Part shown: in pieces, positions 1 to 9,565 of the stretch
Numbering within the stretch: the stretch's first letter is position 1
Layout: each line of letters starts with the position of its first letter
Source: Nitrosopumilus sp.
GTDB lineage: Archaea > Thermoproteota > Nitrososphaeria > Nitrososphaerales > Nitrosopumilaceae
Direction of reading: 5' to 3'
DNA length: 64,000 nucleotides
Assembly: GCA_965214775.1 (NCBI GenBank)
Contig: OZ243974.1
Span: 640,001-704,000, forward strand
The notes under the pieces: model-generated
Told to the model about the DNA's origin: nothing
Database searches by the model: none
Seen by the model: the letters and a program-made list of their open reading frames with translations, nothing else
Translations under genes and position numbers: made by a program

Positions 1-1
1 A

Positions 2-253
2 GACAGGCTGGCAGCCACGCTGGGGGATGGCCTGCTGTCTGATGCGGGCCGGCTTCCCGTGGATATGGCAGTGTCCGCAGACCCCTCCGGGCTCTCCGAG
101 CTGCTCATAGTCACGGCGGTCGCATGCATGGGGGTCATACTGTCCAAGATCAACTACTTTACGATACGGCACTCGCTGTTTACCGGGGCGATCACGGGGG
201 CGACTATGGCGATGATGTACGCGGTGCCGTACCTTCCGGACTTTGGGTTCTAG
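2..253 (+). CDS. C-terminal fragment of a membrane protein, possibly a TadC/FlaJ-like type IV pilus platform protein
   Basis: Frame is open from the window edge (DRLAATLGDG...); ends in two hydrophobic helices around GVILSKINYFTIRHSL, resembling archaeal T2SS-F C-termini. Confidence 0.45.
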   Translation, partial: DRLAATLGDGLLSDAGRLPVDMAVSADPSGLSELLIVTAVACMGVILSKINYFTIRHSLFTGAITGATMAMMYAVPYLPDFGF

Positions 254-450
254 GAGTGCCGTACTTGGCCTGCCGCAAAAGGCGTCCGGCACGGTTTCAC
301 ATGTCTGCAATGCATCTGGCAGAGCAGGGGAGATTCCGTCTGCAATATTGGTGATTTTTTGCCAGGTTCCGAATTTCAGGCAGGATTATGCAAAAGCTGC
401 AACAACAGCCGGTTTTTTATGTCCCTTTTTTTGTTAGATGTTGTCTAGCA

Positions 451-1137
451 ATGCCACATGTTTCGGTTTATGTTGATGAGTCAGGGGATGCCGGATTTGT
501 TGACAAGGCCTCGGAATTTTTCACTGTAGGCTACGCATTTGCGGTGGATGGATCACCGGCAAAAGAGAACAATGCAGTAAAGCGTGCCTTGAAAAACATC
601 AACGCCGGGAACAAAATGAAAATTTCCGAATTCAAATTTTCAGCAAACACTGATGTGGTTAGAAGGAAGTTCCTAAAGACCATCAGCAGGCTGGATGTCG
701 AGCTGGGGGTTTTTTGCGTCAGCAAGGACTCGGTGAAATCAGACATCAAAGAAGATCCTTATGGATTTTACATACATGCTACAGTAGACACAATAGCTAC
801 CCATTTGGTTGAGGATTATATCCGGGCACATGATCAGGGTAATTCAATTAGCTTTACCATAGACAAAAGTCTGACAAAGAATGCGAGGGACTCGTTCAAC
901 GAATACTGCAGGAACAAAATTCATGATAAAATGAGACAAAAAAATTTGAAGGCAGATCTTGCTCCAATCATTTACCACAAGGATTCAAAAAGCGTGCCCA
1001 TGCTTCAGGTTGCAGACTATATTGCAAGTGCGACCCAGAGATTCATTGTTCATAATGATGTGACGTTTTACAACGCGTACAGTAGCAAGTTGAAATATCG
1101 TGAAAAATGGGACTGCAATGACAGGATAAAATGGTGA
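451..1137 (+). CDS. DUF3800 family protein (predicted RNase H-like fold)
   Basis: Motifs VYVDESGD, EFKFS and DSKSVPMLQVADYIAS; ATG at 451 chosen because it directly precedes the first motif. Confidence 0.85.
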   Translation: MPHVSVYVDESGDAGFVDKASEFFTVGYAFAVDGSPAKENNAVKRALKNINAGNKMKISEFKFSANTDVVRRKFLKTISRLDVELGVFCVSKDSVKSDIKEDPYGFYIHATVDTIATHLVEDYIRAHDQGNSISFTIDKSLTKNARDSFNEYCRNKIHDKMRQKNLKADLAPIIYHKDSKSVPMLQVADYIASATQRFIVHNDVTFYNAYSSKLKYREKWDCNDRIKW

Positions 1138-1195
1138 CTCTCGACCTACTCCTCCCTACCTGTCCAAACAGGCGTCATTGTTTCGGTCAAGATCC
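1133..1195. ncRNA. Candidate DUF3800-associated structured RNA
   Basis: Outer stem TCTCGACC/GGTCAAGA encloses hairpin CCTGT-CCAA-ACAGG (1159-1172), abutting the DUF3800 stop; RNA motifs next to DUF3800 genes are a described class. Confidence 0.45.
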
Positions 1196-1274
1196 TACTG
1201 ATTGCTCAATAGACTTTACCCACCTGCTTGGTATTCTCATGTCTCATATTAAAAGTATAACACGGGCAGTCTTG

Positions 1275-1365
1275 GTACGAGTTTACCCCTCACCTGAGAT
1301 ACGGCGTGGCAGGCGTGATCATGAAGACTCCAGTCAGTAGTGTCGCCTGAGGGGTAAACTCTTGC
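1275..1365. mobile_element. MITE family A, copy 1 (91 bp)
   Basis: Perfect 14-bp IR GAGTTTACCCCTCA/TGAGGGGTAAACTC within a 16/18 TIR; 9-bp direct repeat GCAGTCTTG at 1266-1274 and 1366-1374. Confidence 0.8.
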
Positions 1366-1446
1366 GCAGTCTTGCACATCCCTGGTTTTAGGAACAAAAG
1401 ACTGGCTGTTTTTACGCGTTCAGGCGCGGTCATGCAGCAGCTGTGT

Positions 1447-3801
1447 TCAGCGCCTGTTCTTTATCCTGTCGTATACCAGGTACGCGGGAATCATCGCAAG
1501 CGCAAACAGCGCAAGCGGGACCATGTGTTCTGGCACCAGCCGGCGCGGCTCTTCGGGAACAAACTCCGGGATTATTACATGCGCGGTTCCGCCCCACTCG
1601 TTTTCTGCCGTAACCTGGATTGCGGAATTATCCTGCACGTTTATGGTGCAGAATACACCGCAGTCCACGCTTGTCTCCTCGCCGTTAAAGTACAACACAT
1701 CTATCCTGCCAAACTCTGGTGGCGCCGTGACGGTCACGTGGCCGCGCTCCCGCGATGCCGCAAGTGTGTTATCCTGTGCAAGGTTTGCCGATATGACCAT
1801 GTCACTTCCAAAGTTCGCATAGTCATACCCGTACTGCCTTGTCATACCGCCGGCAGTAACGCTTACCGACAGCGGCGAGGGCGAGCCCAGTCCCACGTCA
1901 AGCGGCACCTCGAGTCTGGCATCCTCAGAGTTTGCAAGGTAGAGCGGTGCCAGGTCTGCGATGTCCCTTCCTGCCACGTCCTGGTTCCCCTCGATTGGAT
2001 ACCTGCCAAACTCGGAGCTGACCCGGCGCAGCTTTACATCAACTGCGCCCAGGCCGGATGCCGAGTACTGGATCGGATGCGTATCGTTTGCGACTATGAT
2101 CCCCAGGCCGGCATCGCCGGTGTCGTGTGTCACCTTCTCGTGGAGATACTCAGGGATCGTCTGGACACCATCTGCAGGCCCTATGCTGACGGCTACCGGC
2201 ATGTTGTCCGCAGATCCGCCTGCGCCGACGGACTCTATATGGAGCATGGTGTGCAGGAACGGCTCGGCAAACCTGTACTCGTAGTGTGAGAGATACGTGT
2301 CGTGTCTTCCCGCAAAGTCACGCGATATCAGGGTGTTGAACAGCGTGACGTTCTCGTACCTGGGGCCCGACGGCCCCGCGACCGTATCGAGCACGGGATA
2401 GTCAAAGTGTATCTTGCAGTATCCTGACCTTTTCATCATGGCAGTGCCTGGCTCCCCTGTCACGCACGGTATGACATCCGGGTATGACGACGGCGACAGC
2501 ATGTGCCCGTGTCCCCCCGAGTGCGGGATTATCCCCACGTTTACGGCCTCCGACCACGACAGCGTCTCGTTGAAGGCTACCGGATGCCACGGGTCAAGGC
2601 CGAAGCCCGCGTATGCAAAGTCGTTTATCTTGCTGCGCCTGTCCTCGTGCAGCAGTCTCGCGTCGTCAGGCCCCCCGCCAAGCGAGCCGAAATAATGCAG
2701 CGCCACCGAGGCGCGGTTCTGATACGAGGTCCGCATGTCGTCAGACAGCAGCGAGTACGGATATTCCGTGTACTGCGGCAGGTACCGTACGATCAGCGCG
2801 TCTATCTCCTCGTCGTCACGGTCCAGGAGAAGCTCGCCGTTGTTGTACACCCTGACGTCGTAGCCTATCTCGGCCCGTCCCAGGTGTGGCTCGCCGGTTG
2901 CGTTGTATATCGTGATATCGTCGCCGTTGCCGAGGCGCCAGAGGGATGAGGCAAGCCCGGGGTGTTCCAGGGTTATGTCGCAGGAGTTTTGGCCGCACTC
3001 CCGTGATGCCTCCGTGTGCAGGTCCGTGCTCCTGTCGGTCTCAAAGTGTATCGTGTTGGCGCGATGGTCCTTCCACAGGAGCTGCGGCACATGCAGTACG
3101 GTGACCGGATCCCAGAGATAGTATGTCCCGTCAAGGTTGCGGGCCTCGTACCCGTCCGCGTCATGCAGGATCTCCCTTGTCAGGATTACGTCCAGGGCGG
3201 GCTTGAGGATTGAAGGCGTCATGACGGCGGTCCTGGTGACTGGCACGTTTCTGCACCTTATGCCCCCCTCGCCGCTGCTTGTGCAGACCCTCTTGATCGC
3301 AGTCACCGACTGCTCCATGTGCTCGGTCCTGTCCACGCAGGGCCCCGGTCCGGTGCAGGAGAACCCCGCATCCCCGGAGACGGTGGCCCTGCCAAAGAAG
3401 CATCCGGAGTACTGGCCGCTCCTTTCGCACCCGGATTCTATGACATCTCTTATCCTGTCCACAGAGTCGGGATCAGTGTACCCGTCATCCCCCACGCGTC
3501 CCGGACGCGGGGGCCCCGATACGTGGAGGCCTATTTCCAGCCCGTCCGTATGCCTGATTTCGTGCGTGTATAGATTCCTGCACTGGGGGCCTGCCGAATA
3601 GCTTACCAGATAGTAAAACGAGTCGCCCGGATAAAACGTCCCGTCGGGATTGTTCCTGGGACTGTTGTCGTAGTGTACGGGCAGCATCGTTCCCTGCACG
3701 CGCAGGCTGCACGGAAACGACGTGCCGTGGTACGCGTGTGCCGCCTCGGCTGCAAGAAATACCGCAACGAGTGCAAGCAGGCAGATGAGGATCTCCTTCA
3801 A
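1447..3801 (-). CDS. Large secreted, C-terminally membrane-anchored protein (784 aa), Cys-rich N-terminal part
   Basis: Signal peptide MKEILICLLALVAVFLAAEAAHA; C-terminal TM helix followed by basic tail DRIKNRR. Confidence 0.8.
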   Translation of the reverse strand: MKEILICLLALVAVFLAAEAAHAYHGTSFPCSLRVQGTMLPVHYDNSPRNNPDGTFYPGDSFYYLVSYSAGPQCRNLYTHEIRHTDGLEIGLHVSGPPRPGRVGDDGYTDPDSVDRIRDVIESGCERSGQYSGCFFGRATVSGDAGFSCTGPGPCVDRTEHMEQSVTAIKRVCTSSGEGGIRCRNVPVTRTAVMTPSILKPALDVILTREILHDADGYEARNLDGTYYLWDPVTVLHVPQLLWKDHRANTIHFETDRSTDLHTEASRECGQNSCDITLEHPGLASSLWRLGNGDDITIYNATGEPHLGRAEIGYDVRVYNNGELLLDRDDEEIDALIVRYLPQYTEYPYSLLSDDMRTSYQNRASVALHYFGSLGGGPDDARLLHEDRRSKINDFAYAGFGLDPWHPVAFNETLSWSEAVNVGIIPHSGGHGHMLSPSSYPDVIPCVTGEPGTAMMKRSGYCKIHFDYPVLDTVAGPSGPRYENVTLFNTLISRDFAGRHDTYLSHYEYRFAEPFLHTMLHIESVGAGGSADNMPVAVSIGPADGVQTIPEYLHEKVTHDTGDAGLGIIVANDTHPIQYSASGLGAVDVKLRRVSSEFGRYPIEGNQDVAGRDIADLAPLYLANSEDARLEVPLDVGLGSPSPLSVSVTAGGMTRQYGYDYANFGSDMVISANLAQDNTLAASRERGHVTVTAPPEFGRIDVLYFNGEETSVDCGVFCTINVQDNSAIQVTAENEWGGTAHVIIPEFVPEEPRRLVPEHMVPLALFALAMIPAYLVYDRIKNRR

Positions 3802-3840
3802 CGACCATCAACGGACGGCAGGTTAAAAGGCCGGAGGCAG

Positions 3841-6729
3841 TCAGTCCTTCTTCTGAGGATCCGGGCTCCTGCCGCCGTCCCTTTTTGCAGATATCCCGGG
3901 AATGAGGCACGCCACCCGGTCTATCACATTCTTCATTGCCCATCCCGGCCCCGACATCCTGTACAGCACGATGGCGCTTCCTGCAAGCAGCGGTGCGGCA
4001 ACCATAACCATCAGGTACGTGTAATCGGTCCTGTATATGGCAGTTATCTCCATGTTCTCTTCTGCTGCAAACGTTGCTGTGGCAGAGCCGTGCTCCAGCC
4101 CGTCCCACCTCTCAAAGACCTCGCGCACCAGAAACGAGGCAACGTGCCTTTCGGGCGCGCTGACTGTCACTGCCTGGCCCACACCGTACACTCCGGAGCC
4201 CTCCCCGTCAAATACGGTTATCAGCACCTCCTGGCGGTACACGGCAGTTATCGCAATGTCCCCGTCCGGCTCCAGTGACAGCACGTTGTTGCGGTATGTC
4301 GTCTCGCCGTTTACCACTGCATGATCAAAGGAGTATCCCCCGGTATCAGAGGAGTGGTGCTCGGGGAACTTGACTTTCACGGTTCCCGGCCGGAACTCCG
4401 TATGGTACGGGGGCCCGACGACTGCCGAGTCCGGGCCCGCGGTAACCGTGAACATCGGATGTATCCGCATGCCGCCCGAGTCCGTGACGTCGACGTCCAT
4501 GAGGTATATGTGGAGTATCTGCAGCTCTGCAGACAGCATGACCGGCTCGTACCCGGGCCTGGTCGCAAGTATGCTTACGGTGGACTCGCCCTCGCTGTCT
4601 GCGGTTATCACGAATACCGAGTCAGAGACGCGCTCAAAGGGCTGCCTCGTGTCTATCGAGTACTGCGCGTCAATGTCGTTCAGTACCTCGATGCGCGCCG
4701 TCTCCCCCACCCTGAGCCTGTCGCGATCCACGTCAAGCTCCGCGCGCATTATATTGGCAAACCCCGATATCCGTGAAGCGTCGGCCCCGGCGCCCGATAT
4801 CGCAGACACGTTTCCAGCGCCGGACTCGCGCAGCACCATGTGCGCGCCTGCGGACAGCTCAAGCGGTGTAGATATCCTTACAGAGTCTGCCTTTCGTATG
4901 GGGATGCCCGCCTTGTCTGTCTCGTGTACCACAAACGGAAACTCCTCGCCGATATGCACGGATTCTGGCAGCAGCAGCTCAAGGGAGGTCGCCACCCCCG
5001 CAGGAATGATCTCGGAGCTTGCCGATCCCACGCCGTCAAGTATCGCCGTGATCTGCGCCGGCCCGTCCAACATTCCGTCCAGTATGGCAGAGCCCGAGTG
5101 GACAGGCGGGATCGGGCCCGAGCTTATGCTCCCGGGCGCCACGACGTAGATCTCTGCGTCCCTTCCAAGGATCTCTGCTGCGTCTATCAGCGCGCCGTCC
5201 CCGTCGACTACAGATATCATGGCAAGGTCCTGCCACGTGTCGCCAAGCACCGGGAGCGCCGATATGCCGAGCTGGAACCTGCTGCCGTGCGGCTCGGTGA
5301 CGTTTACCTGCGACGATGCAGACTCGAGTCCCTGTCCGGAAAGCGACATCTCGTAGCTTCCGGTGCCGGTCCCCGTGATCTCAAACTCGGCGGCGTTTGT
5401 GGGCATTATACCGTGTGCCATTACAAGGGCGTCCGCGTGCTCCAGCCCGTATGGCGAGGAGACATAGACCGTCCTGCCGTCGGTCTCGACTGGCGCAAGT
5501 ATCATGTCCTCGGAGATGACCGTCTCCAGACCACCCGACTCGTCCAGCCTTGCGTCAAGATACCTGTCCCTGTCTACGCTGTATGTGGCTGCAACCCCCC
5601 ACGCGGCCCCGTCGGTGACCTCGGGATATATCCACGACCGTATGAGGTTGGCCTCCGGATCCCCCTCCTCCTCCTTCTCCTGCCCTTCCGATATCATGTA
5701 TGCGTGTCTCCCGTCGATGTCGTCGTGCATGCCGTCAAGCCTGGCGGCCCCGACAAACATCATGTCCTGCCCCATGCCGAGCTCCGGTATAGTTGCAGAT
5801 ATGACGGCATGGCCGGCAGAGCCCGTGTATATCATCCCGCGTGCGACTCCGTCGACCAGGGTTACGGCAAGCCCGTCAGAGTCAAAGGCCGGGCCGGCGT
5901 GCGTCCTTGCGACGCCGTGGTTGTCCGAGTGCAGAAACGCCCTTGCCGTGCCCGGCGGCTTGAGGGGGGCGCCGTCCTTTTCAAGCCAGACGTAATAGTA
6001 CGCAAAAGAGTCCGGCATCGCGATGTCCGGCGCGATCCCGACTCTCACCGTCACCCCCTCCCGGATCCTCTGCATCTCGGCGTGATCCGGCTGCAGCCCG
6101 GCGGCGCTTGCAACTATCTTGCCTGACCCCTCAGTATCCATGTAAAACGAGTCATAGAACGTGCCGTTGGCAATGTGCACGCCGGAAGGCACCTGAACTG
6201 ATCCCGATGCGGCAAGCGTGACCCAGATTGCCTCGTCCAGTATGGCCGGGAGGCCGTGCTCGTCTACGACTGCTATGTATCCGATCATGGAATCGGCGCG
6301 GGTGGCGTTGGCAGGCAGGACCAGCTGCAGCCTTGCGGGGGAGGCAGTCTCAGGGTATACCGTGCTGTCTGCGGAATGGAGAGCCCCGTGTACTGTAGCA
6401 AAGACCTCGACGGGGCCGCCGCCGTCGCCTGCAGGCGTCATCTCAAATATGCCGTGGTTGTGCAGCGAAGGTATGTACAGGCTCTGCGGCATTCCCAGAT
6501 CCCCGCTTGAGGAGAGCAGTACCAGGGATCCGCCGGGAGAGGCCTCGGGCAGGATCACTATTCCATGATAGGTCTGCCCCGCAATCATGTGGTGCGGGAC
6601 CCACAGTACCTCCCCGTATACGACGGCCATGGGGGCCGCACCACACAGCAGCAGCAGCGGTATTGCCGCAAGTACCGTTCCCTGCACAGTCATCTGCCTG
6701 CAAAAAGATACCATGGATTCAAGCCTCAC
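3841..6729 (-). CDS. Large surface protein with probable Ig-like beta-sandwich domains and C-terminal TM anchor (962 aa)
   Basis: Hydrophobic N-terminus; acidic, beta-rich body; bacterial-repeat-like GEGSGVYGVGQAVTVSAP...FERW segment; TM near C-terminus; GTGA overlap with the upstream gene. Confidence 0.8.
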   Translation of the reverse strand: MRLESMVSFCRQMTVQGTVLAAIPLLLLCGAAPMAVVYGEVLWVPHHMIAGQTYHGIVILPEASPGGSLVLLSSSGDLGMPQSLYIPSLHNHGIFEMTPAGDGGGPVEVFATVHGALHSADSTVYPETASPARLQLVLPANATRADSMIGYIAVVDEHGLPAILDEAIWVTLAASGSVQVPSGVHIANGTFYDSFYMDTEGSGKIVASAAGLQPDHAEMQRIREGVTVRVGIAPDIAMPDSFAYYYVWLEKDGAPLKPPGTARAFLHSDNHGVARTHAGPAFDSDGLAVTLVDGVARGMIYTGSAGHAVISATIPELGMGQDMMFVGAARLDGMHDDIDGRHAYMISEGQEKEEEGDPEANLIRSWIYPEVTDGAAWGVAATYSVDRDRYLDARLDESGGLETVISEDMILAPVETDGRTVYVSSPYGLEHADALVMAHGIMPTNAAEFEITGTGTGSYEMSLSGQGLESASSQVNVTEPHGSRFQLGISALPVLGDTWQDLAMISVVDGDGALIDAAEILGRDAEIYVVAPGSISSGPIPPVHSGSAILDGMLDGPAQITAILDGVGSASSEIIPAGVATSLELLLPESVHIGEEFPFVVHETDKAGIPIRKADSVRISTPLELSAGAHMVLRESGAGNVSAISGAGADASRISGFANIMRAELDVDRDRLRVGETARIEVLNDIDAQYSIDTRQPFERVSDSVFVITADSEGESTVSILATRPGYEPVMLSAELQILHIYLMDVDVTDSGGMRIHPMFTVTAGPDSAVVGPPYHTEFRPGTVKVKFPEHHSSDTGGYSFDHAVVNGETTYRNNVLSLEPDGDIAITAVYRQEVLITVFDGEGSGVYGVGQAVTVSAPERHVASFLVREVFERWDGLEHGSATATFAAEENMEITAIYRTDYTYLMVMVAAPLLAGSAIVLYRMSGPGWAMKNVIDRVACLIPGISAKRDGGRSPDPQKKD

Positions 6730-8933
6730 ATGCTGGTGTTTATGCTGGCATGCCGTATGGATGCAGTGGCCGAGGCGCGCCCGTGCTGCGCATGCTCGTG
6801 AAACCCGGGGGGCAGCGGCGGCACGCTTCCGTGCGCCTCTATCTGGTTGTAAAAGTAAAACTCTACAAAGTCAGCAGCCTCGACTGGAACAGACATGGAG
6901 TCAAAGACCAGTATGTCCGGATACGAGAATCGCGCCGTGTGAAACGTGGAGTGGCTCCCGCCGGCGCCGGACCGGTGGGACTCATCAGGTGTATCGCTGA
7001 AGAATATCTGCGTCTGCCCCCTGCCGTCGATCTCGCGCAGCTGGCCGTTGACGTACACCTCTATCCACAGCGTCAGCGGATCCCTTGGCCGCGGCGGGGG
7101 CGGGGGCGGCGGGGTGTTCTCAAAGTACGTCCTCGTGTTGGTAATCTCCGAGACGCCGGAGATCTCGGCCCTCACGTGCGCCTTCATGCTGCCGTCCGTC
7201 GGGGCCACCGCATACGCGACTATTCCCGCAGTGGACCGGATGCCGTCGACAAACCTGTCCTGCGATACCGAGATCGTGCTCGATACCGGATCGGTGATCC
7301 TCAGGCCGGTCCCGCCCAGCACGTCTGCTATTCCAAGGTACGCGTCCGCCCCGTTTATCGACATGGATATGCCCCCGTATGTGGGAATCACCGGGATCAG
7401 CAGCGAGTCGCCGCCCGAGTAGCTGCCGTCAAGATACGGCAGCGCAAGGGCGTCAAGCGACGTGCCGTTTATCGTTACGGTGCCTGTCACCGGCATCTTG
7501 ACGTATGCGTGGACCGTGTACACGGTGTCCTCGGCGCCTCCTCCTCCTGCCGCCACGACAAAGGACTCGGAGTTTGCGTGATCCATGACGATCATCCCTG
7601 TATCATCGCCTGCGTCCGTATGTACTAGGGCGCCCCGGTACAGGTGCAGTGCCAGCTCCTCGCTCTGGACGGGCGTCGAGAACGACCCGACTGTTATTGC
7701 TCCGTCTGATATGCCGGCAGATACGGTGTCTGCGCCGCTGGTAATCCTGTATGCGGTGCCGTCGGGGACTCCCCCGACACTGACAAAGTCGGCATCAGAT
7801 ATCGTATGCGCCCATATCCTGGAGGACTCTTCGCCGCCGGTGCTGTCGACTACCAGGTACGCGTCGCGCAGGCCGCCAAACTCCGCATCAAAGGCGCCGG
7901 CAAGTGGGGGCCCGGCCTGCCGGACAGGGAGCGTGTCATGTATGGTATGCTCAAAGCCCGTCACCCTGTTGTAGTGCGTGATGAGCGTCTTGGCGCCGGG
8001 CCTCTTTATCGAGTTCGTATCCATGGTCCACGGATCCGTTGTGTCTCCCGTGACTGCGTGATAGCCGCTCGGGTGGGCCTGCACGATCAGGTGGGCAGGC
8101 GTGCTTATCTCGTGGGAGCCCGTCTGCACGTATCTTCCCTTGCAGCACTTGCCATGATATACGGTCAGGGAGGCCTCCTGAACGAACTCAAAGACTGCGG
8201 ACTTTACCGAGTCGTCCACGGATCCCACCAGCACCTCGAGCCCGCTTGTTCCGGGATCTGCTGCCATGCTATGTATCAGGAACCCCTCGCCCGTATGCGG
8301 GATTGCCATCAGATCGTACGGGGAATGAACAACCCTCATCACCGTATCGCCGCCTGCCTGGCCCCGCATGTGGATCTGCTCGGTCGTATTGTGCAGCCGA
8401 AGTATGATCCGTCCCTCCCCTGACAGCGTTATGCCGTCATCGTCTGCCACCACGCTGACGCTGCCATGAACGGTGCGGGAGTCTGCGTATCCGAGTATGT
8501 TTGCAGGCTCTGCGGTTCTGCGCTCAAGTACGCCGCCTGCAAGCTCGTACCTCGAGTACGCGTCGGGGATCGGATACGAGTCGGCGCCGTCCTCCTCAAG
8601 TATCGCGACAAACCGGGTGTTGGACGGAACCGCAGTATACGGCCTCAGCGACTCCTCGGTGCCCGTCGCACCCGGGCCGTGGATCATGGTGCCGGCCACG
8701 CCGTGGTGCACAAGCCGCGAGTTTATTCCGAGCCCGCCTATCATGGGGTTGCTGCCCCCGTCGTCGTCTGCCGCATCCGGCCCCCGTGGCGGATCCATGT
8801 CTGCAACAAAGACGTTTCCCCTGGATGTCACTATCTCTATGGTCTCCCCGTATGCTGTTGTTGCTGTTGCTGCTGCCGCCGCAAGGCAGCAGACCGACGC
8901 CAGGACTGCGGCCATGCACAGGATGTGGATCAT
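6726..8933 (-). CDS. Large secreted protein (735 aa) with poly-Pro linker
   Basis: Signal peptide; IEIVTSRGNVF motif; PPPPPPPRPR linker; ATGA overlap with the upstream pilin-like gene. Confidence 0.8.
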   Translation of the reverse strand: MIHILCMAAVLASVCCLAAAAATATTAYGETIEIVTSRGNVFVADMDPPRGPDAADDDGGSNPMIGGLGINSRLVHHGVAGTMIHGPGATGTEESLRPYTAVPSNTRFVAILEEDGADSYPIPDAYSRYELAGGVLERRTAEPANILGYADSRTVHGSVSVVADDDGITLSGEGRIILRLHNTTEQIHMRGQAGGDTVMRVVHSPYDLMAIPHTGEGFLIHSMAADPGTSGLEVLVGSVDDSVKSAVFEFVQEASLTVYHGKCCKGRYVQTGSHEISTPAHLIVQAHPSGYHAVTGDTTDPWTMDTNSIKRPGAKTLITHYNRVTGFEHTIHDTLPVRQAGPPLAGAFDAEFGGLRDAYLVVDSTGGEESSRIWAHTISDADFVSVGGVPDGTAYRITSGADTVSAGISDGAITVGSFSTPVQSEELALHLYRGALVHTDAGDDTGMIVMDHANSESFVVAAGGGGAEDTVYTVHAYVKMPVTGTVTINGTSLDALALPYLDGSYSGGDSLLIPVIPTYGGISMSINGADAYLGIADVLGGTGLRITDPVSSTISVSQDRFVDGIRSTAGIVAYAVAPTDGSMKAHVRAEISGVSEITNTRTYFENTPPPPPPPRPRDPLTLWIEVYVNGQLREIDGRGQTQIFFSDTPDESHRSGAGGSHSTFHTARFSYPDILVFDSMSVPVEAADFVEFYFYNQIEAHGSVPPLPPGFHEHAQHGRASATASIRHASINTSM

Positions 8934-9271
8934 TGCGCATCCTCCGGGTTTAGCAGTTCCGCATCAAGCGGCACCTCCAGGCCCCGTGCAGGCGCAATCG
9001 TGCTGTCGGTCTTTTCCCGGTGTGTCATATGGCCGTCATCGTCCAGTATGCGGATCTCCATTATGCGCACCGGCACGGAGCCCGGATTCTCCAGCGTGAT
9101 CCGGCCGCCCCCGTACGCGGCATCCAGCTCCTCGCGCGTCCGCTCTGACTGCATCTCTGCGATCCTCTCGGCCGTCTGCGAGTACCGCAGCTGATCCCCA
9201 GAAAACGACACGATCATGCCTGCGGCAAGCAGCGATACGGTCACCACGCCGACTATCACCAGTGGGTTCAT
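8930..9271 (-). CDS. Pilin/FlaF-FlaG-like small membrane protein
   Basis: N-terminal hydrophobic helix then ERTREEL...ITLENPGSVPVRI; ATG at 9271 lies ~20-26 nt below TATA-like CTAAATAG; the longer ORF-track start runs through a tandem repeat. Confidence 0.6.
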   Translation of the reverse strand: MNPLVIVGVVTVSLLAAGMIVSFSGDQLRYSQTAERIAEMQSERTREELDAAYGGGRITLENPGSVPVRIMEIRILDDDGHMTHREKTDSTIAPARGLEVPLDAELLNPEDAQ

Positions 9272-9384
9272 TGCATACATAATGTGGGTTCTATTTAGGG
9301 GCCGCAAGGAGGTTCCCCCCGTCCCGGATTCCGGGCATGCCCGTACCAGGATCGCGTCAGATCCGGTGCAGAAGGGATGATCTT

Positions 9385-9507
9385 GTCCCGCAGGTGGACT
9401 ACAGTCGCCGACGTCCGGGACAAAATGTTCCCGCAGGTGGGCTACAGTCGCCGACGTCCGGGACAAAATGTTCCCGCAGGTGGGCTACAGTTGCCGACGT
9501 CCGGGAC
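9385..9507. repeat. 43-bp tandem repeat, ~2.9 copies
   Basis: Unit TCCCGCAGGTGGGCTACAGTCGCCGACGTCCGGGACAAAATGT starts at 9386, 9429 and 9472, with 2 substitutions overall. Confidence 0.95.
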
Positions 9508-9565
9508 GCTTTTGGAATTGTATTGTGGCCGTCCGGATTCGGCCCTTGGTGTTTTAGGAAAATCC

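Noticed and set aside
1372-9194. Long plus-strand ORFs (e.g. 1372..2289, 4840..6126, 6507..7628)
   Set aside because: Antisense shadows of GC-rich minus-strand genes; Arg/Pro-rich with no motifs
9272-9466. N-terminal extension of ORF 8930..9466
   Set aside because: It translates the tandem repeat; a TATA-like box supports a start at 9271
9385-9507. CRISPR or TIGR-like guide array
   Set aside because: Units are contiguous and near-identical with no variable spacers; no cas or Nop-domain gene in the window
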